This document shows positions 61,201 through 64,000 of a stretch of 64,000 nt of DNA, piece after piece (the stretch's first letter is position 1; each line of letters opens with the position of its first letter). Position numbers and translations under genes: made by a program. The notes beneath the pieces are model-generated. The model saw only the letters and a program-made list of their open reading frames with translations, ran no database searches and was not told the origin of the DNA. The stretch is from Botryllus schlosseri (Eukaryota), in contig CM119380.1 of assembly GCA_051294905.1 (NCBI GenBank), positions 19,778,001 through 19,842,000 on the forward strand, read 5' to 3'.

Positions 61201-62646
61201 ATTTACAGGCAAAATTGTCATGATGTCCGAGTGTATTTTCGAAAATTGCACCTATCCATACTCCTGTAGTATCGTTTGTCATTTCCCAACCTGCAATTTC
61301 AAAAGTAACCACCTAAAATTAGTAAATTTATACCTAGTTTGTAGTTGGTTGACTAAAAAAAAAGGTCATTTTTCCGACTCGACTCCAGAAATATACACTT
61401 TTGTTGAATTCTCCGTTGGTTGACTAAAAAAATGGTCAACTTTCCGGCTCAAATCCTGAAATACCCCCCGGGACGTTACTTGAGTACTGATTTCCTATTT
61501 CTCAGTCGAATTTTAACATACATTTAACCAAAATTTTCAAAATAGAGGACATTTGGACGTCCTCCATGGACACTTCCAAAAAAGTACTTTATGTCTTTTT
61601 TCAAAGTACTGGGAGATCGCAGCGTTGTGGCAATCTCCAGTAAGCATTCCATCGTAATCATAATTAGCAGTTCTATTATTGTCGTCTGCTCAAGACGTGC
61701 ACTGCGGAACATAAGGCGCAATGCTATGTAATCAACAGATAGGAGGATGTCGAAACGACCAAGAACAGTCTATCAATCTAACATCCAACTCGGCCCACTG
61801 GTAGTAGGTGTATTAACCCACGACTCTTTCTTTTCATCCTTGGTCTTTTCACCCTCTTTCTTGTATTAGTCCTTTGTAGGGTCTAACTCTGGGCTTTTTA
61901 GAAAAGCGCCATTAGAACAGAGACAGCTATGGCTGGATTGGGTCTGACAACTCGAATTTGTATGCAGAAAAATACCAGTCGCGGGCCGTGATCGATTCCT
62001 TGCTGGACCTGCTGGAAGACGAGGAGGAAGACCCGGACGTACTGGTGGTGGCGGCTATGTCTTTGGCTCACGCCGCCAAAGGTATCAAAGTTTTTAAAGC
62101 CAGGGCGGAAGAGAGGTGAGCAATGAGCATTGTTAAAAGTAGATTCACTCAATTGCCCCAGTCCGCCATTAATTGATATTTTTATCAATTCAAAAACACC
62201 ACAAGATTGAGATATAATAAAAAGATGGTGGTTGTTGAAATCACTTGAGAATTGGGATAGTAATTATGGGGTATGCAGACTGAATGAAAAGTGGTAAAAG
62301 AAAATATGGAAGCGATGAAAATCAATGAAGAATATGTCTGTAGGAGTTCATGTCAGATCAAAGGCTGGCTAGTATTTATTGACGCACATATTTCAGTTTG
62401 GTGAAATGTCTGGCGCACCCCGACCGGCTGGTGCGCGAGAGCGGCTGCCTGGCGCTGGGTCGGTTGAAAAGCAAAAAGGCAGTCGCCAAGTTGGTGCAGA
62501 TCTGGCGCAACGACTACATATCCACAGTGCGGGAAGCCGCGCAGATCGCCATCAATCAGATCGGCGGGGATGACGCCGAGCAGGCCATGCACGTCACGAA
62601 GCTGCTGTCGGAGGAGATAACCGAAATCAAGAAGATGCCGCATTAG
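52245..62646 (+). CDS. TIR (TIR_2-like) domain + Cbl-type EF-hand-like + HEAT-repeat protein, 481 aa; exons 52245-52452, 52851-53005, 54413-54507, 54595-54725, 54934-55117, 60744-60886, 60958-61089, 61968-62115, 62397-62646
   Basis: TIR motifs VMVSYSHQD...LTVWVDETGL...LREIGAAIVDSSVFLTILSQDSVQSKYCQDE. The middle reads EFWGANFGKDTQVEWKRFVEA. The C-terminus has HEAT-like repeats (VRLSAIDNL; LLDLLED...DVLVVAAMSL; LAHPDRLVRESGCLALG; TVREAAQIAI). All 8 introns are GT-AG and phase-consistent, totalling 1446 nt. Confidence 0.85.
55143..56992. mobile_element. 1.85-kb non-autonomous Charlie-like hAT element with internal ~300-400 bp tandem units, in TIR-gene intron 5
   Basis: TIR cagtggttcttaacctt / aaggttaagaaccactg; 8-bp TSD CTTTAAAG at 55135-55142 and 56993-57000. 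The internal motif cactcagc(t/g)cta...ggtaaatct recurs at ~55885, 56212 and 56613. Confidence 0.92.
55694..55880 (-). mobile_element. caatgttccc-family MITE nested inside the Charlie-like element
   Basis: Reverse-complement copy of 35432-35625, flanked by a cacctca direct repeat. Confidence 0.85.
58264..59142. mobile_element. Charlie-like hAT element nested inside the 58063-60237 element
   Basis: TIR caggggcgggcaac / gttgcccacccctg; 8-bp TSD ATCTAGGG at 58256-58263 and 59143-59150. Confidence 0.9.
59190..59720 (-). pseudogene. Decayed hAT transposase, C-terminal dimerisation region
   Basis: Minus-strand frames give EYQYLVKPLKERSPARERWNRNEERFPILA, then after a frameshift PSERLLTVFSTIYIIYERPQKFTP. 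This matches the hAT dimerisation pattern YL..P...W..N..RFP.LA...SER.FS. Stops and frameshifts are present. Confidence 0.65.
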
Positions 62647-64000
62647 AGAGGGGTTTAACGTACAGTCCGTGATGTACTGAGGTGTACTGTCATTGTGCCT
62701 CTTGCATCTAGTAGCATATGTTCGCTTGATGTTGTAAGACAGTGGTTCCCAAATTTGTCTTTATCTCGCCATAAAATCTACAGGTCGGCAGTAACAAAGT
62801 ACTTCTACTTTTCTGTAGTACTCAAGTAGGTTTTATCTGCTTGTTTTGCTTAATCAGGTATTTTGTATGTACGCTACTTCTTCTTCATACTATTTTATAG
62901 TATATATATATATATATGTATAAGACAGCCTAATTAGCGCACTTTTCCCTTCCTAAATGCCTCTAAGCGCAACATATATCATATCTGAGTTGTAATATGA
63001 TATCAAATTAGGGAATGAAAACTTGAGTACTTGAAATTGATGATTTGTGGTGGCTATCATAGTTTGGTACCAAGATATCTTGTATCATGGATTTCTCAAG
63101 GAACCAAGAAATGATGCCTATTGCCTTTGTGAAGATTTTGGGAGATCACCCAAATACCAAATTCCTTCTGATGTTTCTTCTCTAATGAAAGGTACAGATT
63201 AGCTGCATGTGATCATTGTATAGCAGTGCTAGACTAGGCTGACATGCTCGTTCGTGCTTGTTTTGTTTGTGTTTCTTGGAGTGGTGGAGTTTGATGCACA
63301 GCTCGATAAAACTTAACTTTTTAGCGTTGGGATTGAGAATCTTGTTATCAATTGCGATTGCATGATATTTTTTTTGGTATTTACCTTTACACCATTTGTT
63401 CACTCCTCCGTCAATCTCAGCGATTTTGATTAACTGTGAGTCGCTTCAACTCCGGTTTATAGCTAATATGCTTGCTTAACACAAATACAGAACAATTCAA
63501 TTGCTCATGTTCACTTATCCGATACACATATTTTATTATTTGTGACATACAATTATGGACTATGCATTCATCTCACCAGTACTTCTTTGATACAGCATCA
63601 ATTGCCTGTAAATATTTTGTCTGGAATTTTCATATCATGCACCATGCACTCGAAACTATACCAGTCGTTGGTAGTAAGACTTTTGGGGTTTCTGCTTACC
63701 CAGTTGAGTAGAATTTCTTAAATTTTGTCATTTATGAAATATTATACTACATGAATTTTATAGCTACTGTGTTCATTTTTTCAGTGAAGAGTATTGTGTA
63801 TTTTGCTTCGAACAGAACCAATATTCAAATAAATATATAGAACCTAAAACCCTATGTTGTTGCTGGCAAACGAACCGGTCTTCAAAAATGTTCAACTGTT
63901 AAAATTGATCGTGGGACGTACACTATACGGTCACCAAACGCCGCACAGTAATGCAGGATCACACCAGTGTTGGGATGACTCGAGTCACCTTTTCCGTATG

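Noticed and set aside
63182-63403. Lys/His-rich minus-strand ORF near the right edge
   Set aside because: It starts at a non-ATG codon and has no recognisable domain or convincing splice partners within the window.

Overview
This is eukaryotic genomic DNA from a compact invertebrate genome. An ascidian or other tunicate is inferred from the 58-59 nt introns, retained U12 introns and splice acceptors just upstream of start codons. The window opens in a 206-bp tandem satellite (1-2888) that decays into unique sequence. Six spliced protein-coding genes were reconstructed by hand from splice sites and reading phase: (1) DOP1/Dopey (+, 2 exons, one of 6.3 kb); (2) a TRF/TERF-family telomere-binding protein (-, 3 exons, ~1166 aa) with a TRFH-like N-terminus and, unusually, two widely separated telobox Myb domains; (3) SLC8B1/NCLX (+) with two minor-spliceosome (U12) introns, one AT-AC and one GT-AG; (4) a 101-aa two-exon gene absent from the ORF track (-); (5) SDHA (-, 13 exons); (6) a 481-aa protein (+, 9 exons) with a possible N-myristoylation site, a TIR domain keeping the putative catalytic Glu, a Cbl-type EF-hand-like segment and HEAT repeats. 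Introns and intergenic DNA hold many hAT-type non-autonomous elements: ten have recognisable 8-bp target-site duplications and some are nested. There is also a decayed hAT transposase, CR1/L2-like LINE fragments and two tRNA-derived SINEs. Homology statements rest on remembered family motifs; no database search was run.
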